Shown here: positions 32,433 through 42,134 of the stretch, one piece after another
Position numbering within the stretch: the stretch's first letter is position 1
Layout: every line of letters begins with the position of its first letter
From: a virus
Taxonomy: Duplodnaviria; Caudoviricetes
Length of the DNA stretch: 59,357 nucleotides
Reading direction: 5' to 3' (one strand)
Virus record (IMG/VR): IMGVR_UViG_3300033148_005636
Coordinates: 1-59,357 of that record
The notes under the pieces: model-generated
The model's input: the letters and a program-made list of their open reading frames with translations, nothing else
What the model was told of the DNA's origin: nothing
The model's database searches: none
Translations under genes and position numbers: made by a program

Positions 32433-35031
32433 CTATCTCCGCCCACTCGCGCTCCAGAATGGCGTCAAACTCGGCGAGGTAGCGCTCCCACGTCCTGCGC
32501 TGGATCAGCCGCAATGCGCTCAGCGCAATGCGTTCGCGCTCGCGCGGATTGTCGAGCAGGTAGCCCACGGCCTCCACGATGGCATTGCTATCGCGCGGCG
32601 GCACGAACATCACGTCCCTGCCGTGCGTCGCGTAATCCTCCACGCCCGTCGGCGTCGTCACCACCGGCGTTCCGCACGCCATCGCCTCGCGCACAGTGCG
32701 CGGCGAGCCCTCGATGATGCTGGGCAGCACGAACACGGTCGCCTGCGAGTACAGTTGCGCCACCTCGTGCTCATCATACGTCTGGTGATGGCGCACGGGG
32801 CACGGCAACGAAGGCGGCGGGTAGCCAAGCCAGTCCACGCTGAGCGTCGGATAGCGCCGGGCAAGCTCCTCCAGCGCCGGAAGCAGGTACTCGTGGCCGC
32901 CATACCATGTTGGGACGCTCTTCGTGATGACGAACAAGCGCGGGGCCTGTTCGCCGAGGCGGCCCGACGGCATGTCGGCCCTCGGCGAGAACGTAATCGT
33001 GTCGATGCCCGGCGTCAGCCTGCCGACGATGTTCATGCCGTACTTCTCGGCGAACTCCGACATGTGCTCGGCGATGATAATGTCGCGGAAGCCGTCGAGT
33101 TCAAAGGCCTGCCGCCACTCGTCGTAATACGCTTCGCCGCGCACCCACTCCGGCTCGTCGGATTGCACGAGGCCGAGTCTGAGCCCGCAACTGATCTCCC
33201 GCGCCTTCGGTCGCGTCGTCACGAACGTCGCCATCGCTATATCGTAATGCGGGCGCGTCCGGCCCCAGGGCACCACCGAGAACTCGTCCCACATATCGGC
33301 GTTTTCGCCGGTCATCAGCGCGATCTCCACGAACCATCCGCGCTGCTGCAGGTGTTGCGCAATGCACCGGATGGCCTTCTCGCCGCCACTGCGCCCGCCT
33401 CTACCGCAGACGATGCAGAACGTGCGCTGGCCGCGTTCCGGCTTGCGCTCCAACTCCATCGGCACGTGACGCGACGGCATACGTATCGGTTGCCGCTGCT
33501 GCCCGCAGTCCTGGAGCACGAGCCGGTACAGCTCCTCATAGCGCGCCGCCTGCGCCTGAAGTGTCCAGCGTTCCCACGGAAGTTCGCCTCCGCGTTGCCC
33601 GACCTGCCCAATCATCGCCGCCGCGACGAGTTCGGCGTCGCGTTCCGACAGAAGTATCGCGTCGTGCGGCACTACCTGCGAGGTGCCGCCCACGTCCGTC
33701 GCCACAATCGGCGTCCGGCACCGCGCGGCTTCGCGCAATGCCAGCGGCGTCGCCTCGTTTGTGCTCGTGCTTGCCACCACGTCCGCCGCGCACATCAGGC
33801 GTATCACGCGCTCCAGCGGCACGTTGTTCTCAGTGCGCACGTCGATTCCCGCGGCCTGCAACTCGGCAACGCGCTCCTGATAGTCATCCCACTCGCGGTG
33901 CCACTCGGCGGGGCCGATGGCGTAGAACGCCGCGCCGGGCACCCGTTGCGCCACGCGCTCGACCGCATCGAGGTAGAGCCGCCAGCCCTTCACCTCCTCG
34001 GCCTTCGTGACGCTCAGGAACACCGGCTCCACGGCTGACAGGCCCTCCGCGACACGCGCCTCGTGCCTCGGCATCCGCGCGGCGTCGATGATGTTCCAGT
34101 CGAGGCCCGATGCAATCTCGATCTGTTCCGGCGCGTAGAAGTCGGCCTCGTGCGGCGCGATGTGATACGGCACCACGCTCCATGCGTCGGTGCGGTAGTA
34201 GCGGATACCGTAGGTGTGCGATGTGACCACGAGCCGCCCCGACTTCTCCAGCGCCTCCAGCACGCCCCACTCGTGGCCCCAATAGTGCAGGTTGACAATG
34301 TCGGCCCGCGCCGCCGCCGCCGGAAAGACCTGCCGCAGTTGCGCTTCGCCGCCGACGACCGTGACGCGTACCCCGGCGGCCTCCAGTTCATCGGCCAGAG
34401 GCCCGCCGCGTATCGCCAGCACCTCTGTCGCGAACTCGTCGCGGTCCACGCTGAGACAGAGGTTGCGCACGGTCCGCTGCGCACCCTGCCGCGTCAGATC
34501 GCCCACGACGCGCAGGATGCGTGTCTGCTGCTCGCGCGCGGCGACGGCTTCCGGCTCGTCAGCACCCCACCGGAGCACGCGCGTCACCGCCGCGCAATCG
34601 GCCAGTATGTCGGCATTGCCGCGCTGGCCCCGGTTGCGGCCTGCGTACATCACCGCCTGTAGCAATGCCCGCCGCACCACAACGCCCGCAATGTAGAGGC
34701 CATAGCGCACCGCTTCGGCGAACCTCGCGGGCGCATACCCCCCCACCTCGCGCGCAATCCAGCACACGCCCACGTCCGGTCGATTGTCAAGGTGCGCAAC
34801 AACCGCCTCCGGGGCCACGCCGCAGTCGTCATCGACGAGCGCGACGTAATCGCTTGCCGTGCCGCTCAGGATGCGGTCGCGCCAGACCAGCGCGTCGCAG
34901 TCCCGCGCGGGCGGCACTATCGCGAGGCGCGGCGGCAGACCGTGCAGCAGCGGCAACTGCGGCGGCATATCCGGCGTCGCGCCCGCGCGTCCGCGCCGCC
35001 TGCGCGTCGCCACCAGCCTTGTGTCTGTCAT
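32404..35031 (-). CDS. Multi-domain glycosyltransferase (GT2-like remnant plus two GT4 domains)
   Basis: YVALVDDD; EATPLALREAARCRTPIVATDVGG; EGSPRTVREAMACGTPVV. Confidence 0.9.
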   Translation of the reverse strand: MTDTRLVATRRRRGRAGATPDMPPQLPLLHGLPPRLAIVPPARDCDALVWRDRILSGTASDYVALVDDDCGVAPEAVVAHLDNRPDVGVCWIAREVGGYAPARFAEAVRYGLYIAGVVVRRALLQAVMYAGRNRGQRGNADILADCAAVTRVLRWGADEPEAVAAREQQTRILRVVGDLTRQGAQRTVRNLCLSVDRDEFATEVLAIRGGPLADELEAAGVRVTVVGGEAQLRQVFPAAAARADIVNLHYWGHEWGVLEALEKSGRLVVTSHTYGIRYYRTDAWSVVPYHIAPHEADFYAPEQIEIASGLDWNIIDAARMPRHEARVAEGLSAVEPVFLSVTKAEEVKGWRLYLDAVERVAQRVPGAAFYAIGPAEWHREWDDYQERVAELQAAGIDVRTENNVPLERVIRLMCAADVVASTSTNEATPLALREAARCRTPIVATDVGGTSQVVPHDAILLSERDAELVAAAMIGQVGQRGGELPWERWTLQAQAARYEELYRLVLQDCGQQRQPIRMPSRHVPMELERKPERGQRTFCIVCGRGGRSGGEKAIRCIAQHLQQRGWFVEIALMTGENADMWDEFSVVPWGRTRPHYDIAMATFVTTRPKAREISCGLRLGLVQSDEPEWVRGEAYYDEWRQAFELDGFRDIIIAEHMSEFAEKYGMNIVGRLTPGIDTITFSPRADMPSGRLGEQAPRLFVITKSVPTWYGGHEYLLPALEELARRYPTLSVDWLGYPPPSLPCPVRHHQTYDEHEVAQLYSQATVFVLPSIIEGSPRTVREAMACGTPVVTTPTGVEDYATHGRDVMFVPPRDSNAIVEAVGYLLDNPRERERIALSALRLIQRRTWERYLAEFDAILEREWAEIDANTMVAVE

Positions 35032-35046
35032 GCTCTCTCTCCCCGC

Positions 35047-35814
35047 CTACTCTACGTAACCGACGCGCTCCCACGACACCCGCACGTAATCAGGGTCGAG
35101 GTAGCCTGTCTCGCCATACGACGGATAGCCGTAGCCGTAACCCGCCGCCCAATTGTTCCAGATATGCAGCCGGAACTTGCCGCCGTCGAGCACCTGCGCC
35201 CACGCGTAGACGTGCGGGTCGGCGTAGGTAATGCGCACGGTGCTGGGCCGCTGAGTGGAGAACGTTATCGTGGAGGAGTGGTCAACCTCATAGATGTTCT
35301 CGGTGGCGACGGCCACCGTAGTGTTGACGGCGCCGCTGACCGTGCGCGTGCGCAGAGGAGCCAGTCGGTCGCGCGGGTAGCCGCTGGGGTTGTCATCGAC
35401 CGCCGTGATATTGCCGCCTGCGGACACCGTCACGCTTCCGATGCGCACCGTGCCAGACGGGTTGCTCGCGCTCAGGCTCGCCGTGAACTGCACGGTGCGG
35501 CTGTCGGTGTGCGAGGTTGAGTCAGTCTCGGCGTAGATGTAGTTCGTGGCGCCGCTCGTGAGCCCGGTCAGGTCCGTCGTGGTCGTGGTCTTGACCATGC
35601 AGCCGTTCACGAGGCCGATGCCGGAACTAACCGTAGCCGTGGAGGTGCCGACGCCGCCGAGGGTCCAGCCGCTCAGTACGCCGCCCACCGCAACCTCCTT
35701 CAGGAAGTTGCCCAGCGGCGACGACAGCAGATACGCTATCTGTTGCGCCCAAGTGCTGGTGGCGTAATCGTCCGCGCCAATTAGCGTTATGTCATAGTTG
35801 GTGGTCGAGGCCAT
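35047..35814 (-). CDS. Minor tail protein
   Basis: Thr/Ser/Gly-rich, beta-type composition; in the tail module. Confidence 0.65.
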   Translation of the reverse strand: MASTTNYDITLIGADDYATSTWAQQIAYLLSSPLGNFLKEVAVGGVLSGWTLGGVGTSTATVSSGIGLVNGCMVKTTTTTDLTGLTSGATNYIYAETDSTSHTDSRTVQFTASLSASNPSGTVRIGSVTVSAGGNITAVDDNPSGYPRDRLAPLRTRTVSGAVNTTVAVATENIYEVDHSSTITFSTQRPSTVRITYADPHVYAWAQVLDGGKFRLHIWNNWAAGYGYGYPSYGETGYLDPDYVRVSWERVGYVE

Positions 35815-35823
35815 AATTCACCC

Positions 35824-36024
35824 CTATCCCGGCAGAGGATACGGATGCTTGTCCATCGTGATGTTCGGGTTATCGAGTTGCCACCAGATTTTGCCGTCAC
35901 TTCCGGGGTTAGCGATTGCTACCGACGCGCCTCGCGTCCGCCATCCCGGCCCCTCATACAGCGTCGCCGCGCCGCGCCGGTCCGGACGACTGCGCTCGTC
36001 GGCCACGCGCTTCTCGTAATCCAT
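35824..36024 (-). CDS. Hypothetical protein
   Basis: Abuts the upstream gene. Confidence 0.55.
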   Translation of the reverse strand: MDYEKRVADERSRPDRRGAATLYEGPGWRTRGASVAIANPGSDGKIWWQLDNPNITMDKHPYPLPG

Positions 36025-38472
36025 TCACGCCACGGTCCCTATCACGCGGCACTTGATGCGCACGTACGTCACCCGGTCGCGCACGATAGGCAGGCTGATC
36101 TGCGCCACGCGCGCCTTCACGTTGTGCAGCCCCACGCGCTCGCCGCCCTTGACGCTGACCACGTAGCCGCGCAGCAGCGAGCCGTCGGCGATGACTGTCC
36201 CGGTGAACCACCTGGGCAGCAGCGTGAGCTTGTTCTTGAGTTCCATCCCGCGCCGCGCCACCTGCCCCGCCGTCTTGAGTTCCGGGCTGGTCTCGACGTG
36301 ATCGACTACCCAGCCGCCCGCGTAGTTGCTGGCCGCCGGGGTGTTGATGCTGTCGTAATCCCACGCCACGTAATGCAGCGGCTTGCCGTCCTCGTCCTCG
36401 CCCATCACGTCAACCCAGTTCGCGAACACCTCGTCGTCGAGCGTCTGATAGTAGGCGCGCACCTGCGTCATCTGGCCGAGGGCGGTCGGGTCCGTGGCGT
36501 CCTCAGGGTTGCAGAAGAGTTCGAGGTCGATGCCGCTGGCATTGCGGGCGAGGTCGGCGGCCAGACACGCGCTCGACAGCCAGCCGTTGTCCTGATGTTG
36601 CAGCCAATCCGAGGATGTGCGCGCCGTGCCACAGTACTTACAGCCGGTCACGATCTGCCCGCGCTCCGCCCAGATTGCGCCGCCGGGCGAACCATGCTCC
36701 ACGACCTGCCGCAGGTATTCGCCCAGGCGCCGCCCGCGTTCCGGTTGCCATGCCGGTTCTTCGGGCCTTCCGACGGCCAGCGACAGGCCCGTATCCTCAA
36801 GGTCCTGCCATGCGTCCCCGATGCGCGCGACGCCGAGGATGTGCCGGACGTAATCGCGCACATTCCAGCCATCGCCTACGGGTATCTGGCCCTTCACCCG
36901 CTGCAGGTTGAGTATCGCCATGAGGTCGAGGCCGGGCAACTCTGCGAAGTGGCCTTCGAGTTCGGGCTCCAGCGCCCACACGTATTCCAGCAGGCTCGTC
37001 ACCGTGCCCGCCTCGTCAGTCCATTGCGCCGGGTACAGCGCCTTCGGATACTCCGCGTAGTAGCCCCTCCAGCGGTGGTTCACAATGCGGAAGCCGCGCA
37101 GCAGGCCGATGTCCTTCGCCCAGTAGCTGTTCTCCGGGCGGTTGTGTACACGGATGCGCGCCTCGACGGCCTCAAAGTCCTCGCCGAAGTCTACGGCGAT
37201 GCTGTGCACCCTGTCCGTCACTGTCTCGCTGACCGCGGGCTCCCCGTTGTCCGTCAGCACCGCCATGCGGTCAAGCCGCACGGCCATGATCCCCGGCGAC
37301 GTGTAGCTCTTGACCGTGACCTCGCTCCCGCCATGCGTGAACGTGCTGGTGTGCTCATAGGGCGACAGGTGGAGTCGCCATCGGCAATGCAGGTCGGGCA
37401 GGCCGTTCGTGCCGTGGTCGGGCACCGAGACATACGCGGCACCGGCGTCATACTCGGCGGTCTCATATGCGCACCGCGTCGTGCTCCCGTAGCCGTCCGC
37501 CCCCACCGAATAGCCCCAGCCGTAGATGTTCAGCCGGTACTTGAGTTCGCCCTCGTCGTAGTAGCTTGCGTCGGCGTCGCCATAGTCTACGCCAACCCAG
37601 AAGTCCTCGCCGGTCACCCACGCGCTTGTCATGTAGAGGGGCTGAGCCAGCACCGACAGTTCGCCGGGGTAATGCCGAATGCGTATCGGCGCCGAGTCAA
37701 CCCAGACCCAATCGTCAACATGCTCGCCCGCGCGATACCACGCATAGTTGTCGCCCGCGCCATCGCCCATGATGGAAACCCCGAGTGCGCCGCGCACGAC
37801 GGAGATCATCAGGATGATCTCCTGCTCCTCGCCTTCCGCGCCTTCCGGGATGTGGTGGCTCCCGTGTGTCCAGTCGCGCTGGACCCATTGCCCGCCGACG
37901 AGTTCGTACCATGTGGCCGCGTCGCCATACGGCAACTGCAGCGCCCAGCCCTTGCCGTCCGCCTCGCCGATGTGCACCTCGGTGAACGGCTCGACGCTGC
38001 ACTCTTCCGGGCGGCCCGGACGGCGAATGCCCACGAGGATGAACGGGTTCGGCGCAAGCGTGTACTTGCTGACCCATTCGCTCGCTACGTAATCCGCCGC
38101 GTCCGCACGCTTCATGTTCCGCTGGCGAGTCCACGTCAGGCCCCACCGCTTGCCGGTCTCCTCGACGAGATCAACATCGCCAGCGGGCGACACATTCCAG
38201 TAGTTGCCTGCAGTCGCGGTGCTCACGTAGGGCCGGCAAATGAACGTGTTGAGGTCGCTTGCGATGAACTGCGCCGTTGGCAGGTTCTCGTTGTCGCCGT
38301 AACCGATGACGGTCGGCCCCGCGGCTGCGGTCGAGATCGTGCAGCCGTCATGCACGTCGCGCATGGCGTCGTGGCGCGCGAACGGGTAGTTGTTCGGCGC
38401 GATGGAGTAGCGCCCCCGATGCTCCATCATCTGCACGTCCGCCGTCACGATCTGCCGCAGGTAGGTGCTCAT
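36025..38472 (-). CDS. Tail tip/hub-like minor tail protein
   Basis: Position; C-terminal FANWVDV...LLRGYVVSV...ARVAQI pattern resembles Tal/hub folds. Confidence 0.6.
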   Translation of the reverse strand: MSTYLRQIVTADVQMMEHRGRYSIAPNNYPFARHDAMRDVHDGCTISTAAAGPTVIGYGDNENLPTAQFIASDLNTFICRPYVSTATAGNYWNVSPAGDVDLVEETGKRWGLTWTRQRNMKRADAADYVASEWVSKYTLAPNPFILVGIRRPGRPEECSVEPFTEVHIGEADGKGWALQLPYGDAATWYELVGGQWVQRDWTHGSHHIPEGAEGEEQEIILMISVVRGALGVSIMGDGAGDNYAWYRAGEHVDDWVWVDSAPIRIRHYPGELSVLAQPLYMTSAWVTGEDFWVGVDYGDADASYYDEGELKYRLNIYGWGYSVGADGYGSTTRCAYETAEYDAGAAYVSVPDHGTNGLPDLHCRWRLHLSPYEHTSTFTHGGSEVTVKSYTSPGIMAVRLDRMAVLTDNGEPAVSETVTDRVHSIAVDFGEDFEAVEARIRVHNRPENSYWAKDIGLLRGFRIVNHRWRGYYAEYPKALYPAQWTDEAGTVTSLLEYVWALEPELEGHFAELPGLDLMAILNLQRVKGQIPVGDGWNVRDYVRHILGVARIGDAWQDLEDTGLSLAVGRPEEPAWQPERGRRLGEYLRQVVEHGSPGGAIWAERGQIVTGCKYCGTARTSSDWLQHQDNGWLSSACLAADLARNASGIDLELFCNPEDATDPTALGQMTQVRAYYQTLDDEVFANWVDVMGEDEDGKPLHYVAWDYDSINTPAASNYAGGWVVDHVETSPELKTAGQVARRGMELKNKLTLLPRWFTGTVIADGSLLRGYVVSVKGGERVGLHNVKARVAQISLPIVRDRVTYVRIKCRVIGTVA

Positions 38473-38476
38473 GCCA

Positions 38477-41400
38477 TCACGTCACCGCCATCGTCTCTGC
38501 CAGCGTCCATTCGCGCCCGTCGCGCCAGCTTTCGTATAGCTTGATCTGGCCGCCTTGCGGCACGGCCATGACCACGGCCCGCGCCGACCCCATCTTCACC
38601 ACCGGCGGGCGTTGCGCGTCGCACGAGGCCACGGTCACGCGGCCCTCCGCGTAGCTCTCGAAATCGTCCGCGTGCCGGATGCGCACAATCGCGTTGCCCG
38701 TGCGTGGCTCATAGCCGCTGATGTACAGCCGCAGGCCGTCATCCCACACGGTCGGGTAGAGCCAGTCGGTCTCGCTGAACGCCTGTTGCCAACTGCCTGC
38801 CTGTCCGTCCTCCCACGAGACCCAGAACGTGGTATCCTCGCCGCTCGACGTGCTCGCGAGCAGATAGCCGTAATCGCGCGACTTGATCAGCGTAGCGGGC
38901 TTCTCGTCGGAGGGCGCAATGTTCACCGTCTCGACGATGCCCTCCTTGTAGATGGTCAGCACCTGATAGCCGCCCGAGTAGCCGATGACGTAGAGCCTGT
39001 CGCCGACGACGCGCGACAACGGATACTTCAGGGCGCCCAGCGAGGCGCTGCTATCCTCCCACTCATTGTTGTCACTTCGCGCCTGCGTCGCAAGCGCCTC
39101 CTCCTGACCGTGCAAGAGGTAGATGCGCCAGAGGCGGCGGTCGTAGCCTATCGTCGGCGCGTCAGCTTCGTACCCTGTCTTCTGTTCGCTCGCCCAGTTC
39201 TTATCCCCGAACATCTTGTAGCGCCACCGCGCCTTGCCGTCCGACCCCGCATAGGTCAGATACAGCCGCGAATGCACGCCCTCCACCAGGTGCGGCCATA
39301 GCGCGCGCAGCACCGACGCGGTGACGTAGCTATACTCGCGCGCCCGCACGTAGAGCCCGCTCGTCGAGCCCACGCGGTATTGCCAGAAGGCCTGCGATGG
39401 CGTGTAGGTGCGCGTGACTTCCAGATTGCCGCTCTTCCAGTAGCCTGCGGCGTTGCTCGTGATCTGCTCGACCGTCTCCCACGCGCTGCCGGTATAGCGG
39501 TCGACGTTCGGCCCGTCCGTAGTTCGCCGCAGGGTTGCACCGCTGACAAGTTGCCCGTGCAGCGCGCCGCCGATGATCTTGTCCGGCCAGAGCTTGTACT
39601 TGATGCCGCGCACTATCTGCCAACTGCCACAGCGGAGGGCCACGTTCAGGGAGCCGCTGTCGGCAGATTGCAGCAGCGGCGTCCCCGCGTCGAGCGGCGC
39701 GCAGATGTCAAATGCGTACCCGTTCGTCAGGCGCGCGCTCTCTTCGTCGAGCGTCTTGGTGTCGAGCAGCGCCGAGTTCAGGCTTGCGTCCCACGCGTCG
39801 CATACGCTGTTGATGCGACTTGCCTGCTGCCCCAGTGAGTAGGCGACGGTGAAGTCGAGGCCGCTCGTCGCGCCGACGCGATAGTCAAACGTGCGCACCG
39901 TGCTGGTCTCGTGCACGTTGTCGTGACCGCCGTTATCCTCCGTGGTATCCATGAGCGCCGTGTGGCACACAGAGTCAACCGCCGCTGAGAGGCCGCCGTC
40001 GCGGTAGTCCGGCCCCTCGAATGCCTTGACCACGGTGTGCGTCGTGATGTCCTCGCTCGGGTCCAGCGCCCACCCCGGCTCCTCCAGCCGCCACGTGCCG
40101 TTGACAAAGCCACTTATCGCAATCTGCGTCACCTGTTCGAGGTCGGGTTCACCGCCCTCCTCGGGCGCGGCCAGATAGACGTACACTTCGCCGTCGGCGC
40201 TCCTGTAATCGACGCTGTAGGTCGCGGTGTGCTGTTGCGAGGTATGCACGCATTCGGTCTGTCGCGTGCTGTCGGTGTGGTGATTGTCCGTGTAGCTGTG
40301 TGTGAGGTAGGTCAGCGTGACGGTCAGCGTGCTGTCCGCGCCTTCGGGGAACGGCAATCGCAGACACGGCCAGCCGCGCCCGCAATACCGCGCCTCGGCA
40401 GGCTCTGACCACGTGCCGCCCGATTGGTCAGCCTCTCCATCGTACTCGCGCCACTTGTCCGCGCGATGGTAGAATGCAATGTCGGGGATGCCCGGCATAC
40501 CGTCGGGGAAGTTCTCGTCAGGCACCGCGTCGAGCCTTGAGCCGTAGTTGCTCGGGAAGGTCAGCGTCAGCGAGCCATTGCCCGTGACCGTGAAGTCGCC
40601 GCCCGCGTTCGGGCTGCTCACGCCGCCGCTCCCGCTCCAGTCGGTGTGGTCCAGCGCAGGTTCGGGGCCGTACACGCCGCGCGCCGTCGGGTGGCTGATG
40701 TTGATACCGCCGTCCCAATCCGGGTTGGCGTCGCAGGTCGTTGCGTCGAGGCCGGGCACCCGCAACTCGATGGTCAGGTCATCGGTTTCGTGCCCGTAGG
40801 TCGCGACGTAGTGTTCCACGCTCTCCTCGGTCAGGCCGAAGCTGAGGACGTTGGATGTCAGCAGGCGATAGCTGTCGTCCGGGTCGCGATAGTCGAGCCC
40901 GGTGACTGTCGGCGGGTCGATGTAGCTCCCGAGGTCGCGCAGTTGCTTGACGGTCGGGTACACCTTGTCGCCCGGCGAGGCGCTGCCCGTAGTCTGTCCG
41001 TCGGGCGTGGTGCTCCAACCCAGGCTCGCCGCGCAGTGATTGCTCGCCTGAAGCGGCCCGTCTATGCACAGGTTCTCGGCAAGGGCCCCGTCTCGGTCCC
41101 AGACGCCGAAGTCCTCAAAGTCGAGAATGTAGGGCGGCTGCACAGTTGCCGTGTGGCTGTCGTTGAGCGCGCCGACCGTCTCGTCCATCAGTACTTCGAC
41201 GCCGTCCGCAACACCCTCCCAGCGCCACGCGCCCAGATCACGGAAGAAGCGCGAGAGGTCGGTGCACACACCGTCCCACTCAAGCTCCAGTGCCGCGTAC
41301 TTTATCCCCGCGTTCCCCTTGTGCTGCTCGACGGCGAACTCCACCGCACTGATCGCCGTGACCTGCGGGTCCCACTCCTCGTACGTCGCGTCCCACGTCT

Positions 41401-42106
41401 GTGTACCTGAATAGTGCATCGACCCGAACGTCACATCGTAGCTTAGCGGATTGGGCAGCGCTGCCCAGGTGTCGGCGTACTTCACCTCGCTGGCGTAGCA
41501 CGGTGCGTCCTGCCGCCCTGCGCCCGGCGTGGTCGTTTCCTCCCGCGTCAACCGGCGACCGCTCGTGCTGATGCTGTACGGCACCTCGATGTTCCACGGC
41601 CCGCCCCCCTGGAAGTAGACAAAGTAGTGGTCCTCAATGCCATCGGTTATGCCGCCATAGCCAATCTCCAGCCCGACAACGAACGTAGCCTCGGTGCCTG
41701 CCGGTGGATCAGGTTGCGGATCGGGGCCGGTGTAGCCGGTGCTCACATCCTCGATCCACAGCCGCACGGAACCGGCCTGCAGTTCCACCAGCGCGGTCGG
41801 GGCGCTGATGTAGAACTGCTCGTCCTGGTTCAACATTGATAGCGTGCCGCTCACCTCAGCCACGCCATCGTAAACCTGCGTCTTCGCCAACCTGCCGACC
41901 TCCCATGTCTCTCCGTCGAACTCGGCAACCAGTCTGTCGCCATTGCGACGAATCACCAGCGTCTCTGTCGCGCCCGCATCCTCCTCCGGCCCGTAGATCA
42001 GCCACCGCCGCAGATGATCCGCACCGTCCGTCCGTTGCCATGTCCCGGCGCCGATGACCAGCAGCACTATCAGCGCCACCGGCCACAGCCAGCGCACCTC
42101 TCTCAT
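38477..42106 (-). CDS. Large (1209 aa) tail-region protein with N-terminal signal/TM segment
   Basis: GAGGTG RBS; MREVRWLWPVALIVLLVIGAG; beta-rich with propeller-like C-terminus; directly downstream of the tape measure gene. Confidence 0.7.
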   Translation of the reverse strand: MREVRWLWPVALIVLLVIGAGTWQRTDGADHLRRWLIYGPEEDAGATETLVIRRNGDRLVAEFDGETWEVGRLAKTQVYDGVAEVSGTLSMLNQDEQFYISAPTALVELQAGSVRLWIEDVSTGYTGPDPQPDPPAGTEATFVVGLEIGYGGITDGIEDHYFVYFQGGGPWNIEVPYSISTSGRRLTREETTTPGAGRQDAPCYASEVKYADTWAALPNPLSYDVTFGSMHYSGTQTWDATYEEWDPQVTAISAVEFAVEQHKGNAGIKYAALELEWDGVCTDLSRFFRDLGAWRWEGVADGVEVLMDETVGALNDSHTATVQPPYILDFEDFGVWDRDGALAENLCIDGPLQASNHCAASLGWSTTPDGQTTGSASPGDKVYPTVKQLRDLGSYIDPPTVTGLDYRDPDDSYRLLTSNVLSFGLTEESVEHYVATYGHETDDLTIELRVPGLDATTCDANPDWDGGINISHPTARGVYGPEPALDHTDWSGSGGVSSPNAGGDFTVTGNGSLTLTFPSNYGSRLDAVPDENFPDGMPGIPDIAFYHRADKWREYDGEADQSGGTWSEPAEARYCGRGWPCLRLPFPEGADSTLTVTLTYLTHSYTDNHHTDSTRQTECVHTSQQHTATYSVDYRSADGEVYVYLAAPEEGGEPDLEQVTQIAISGFVNGTWRLEEPGWALDPSEDITTHTVVKAFEGPDYRDGGLSAAVDSVCHTALMDTTEDNGGHDNVHETSTVRTFDYRVGATSGLDFTVAYSLGQQASRINSVCDAWDASLNSALLDTKTLDEESARLTNGYAFDICAPLDAGTPLLQSADSGSLNVALRCGSWQIVRGIKYKLWPDKIIGGALHGQLVSGATLRRTTDGPNVDRYTGSAWETVEQITSNAAGYWKSGNLEVTRTYTPSQAFWQYRVGSTSGLYVRAREYSYVTASVLRALWPHLVEGVHSRLYLTYAGSDGKARWRYKMFGDKNWASEQKTGYEADAPTIGYDRRLWRIYLLHGQEEALATQARSDNNEWEDSSASLGALKYPLSRVVGDRLYVIGYSGGYQVLTIYKEGIVETVNIAPSDEKPATLIKSRDYGYLLASTSSGEDTTFWVSWEDGQAGSWQQAFSETDWLYPTVWDDGLRLYISGYEPRTGNAIVRIRHADDFESYAEGRVTVASCDAQRPPVVKMGSARAVVMAVPQGGQIKLYESWRDGREWTLAETMAVT

Positions 42107-42134
42107 GTCCTTGCACCTCTCTCTATGCGCGTCT

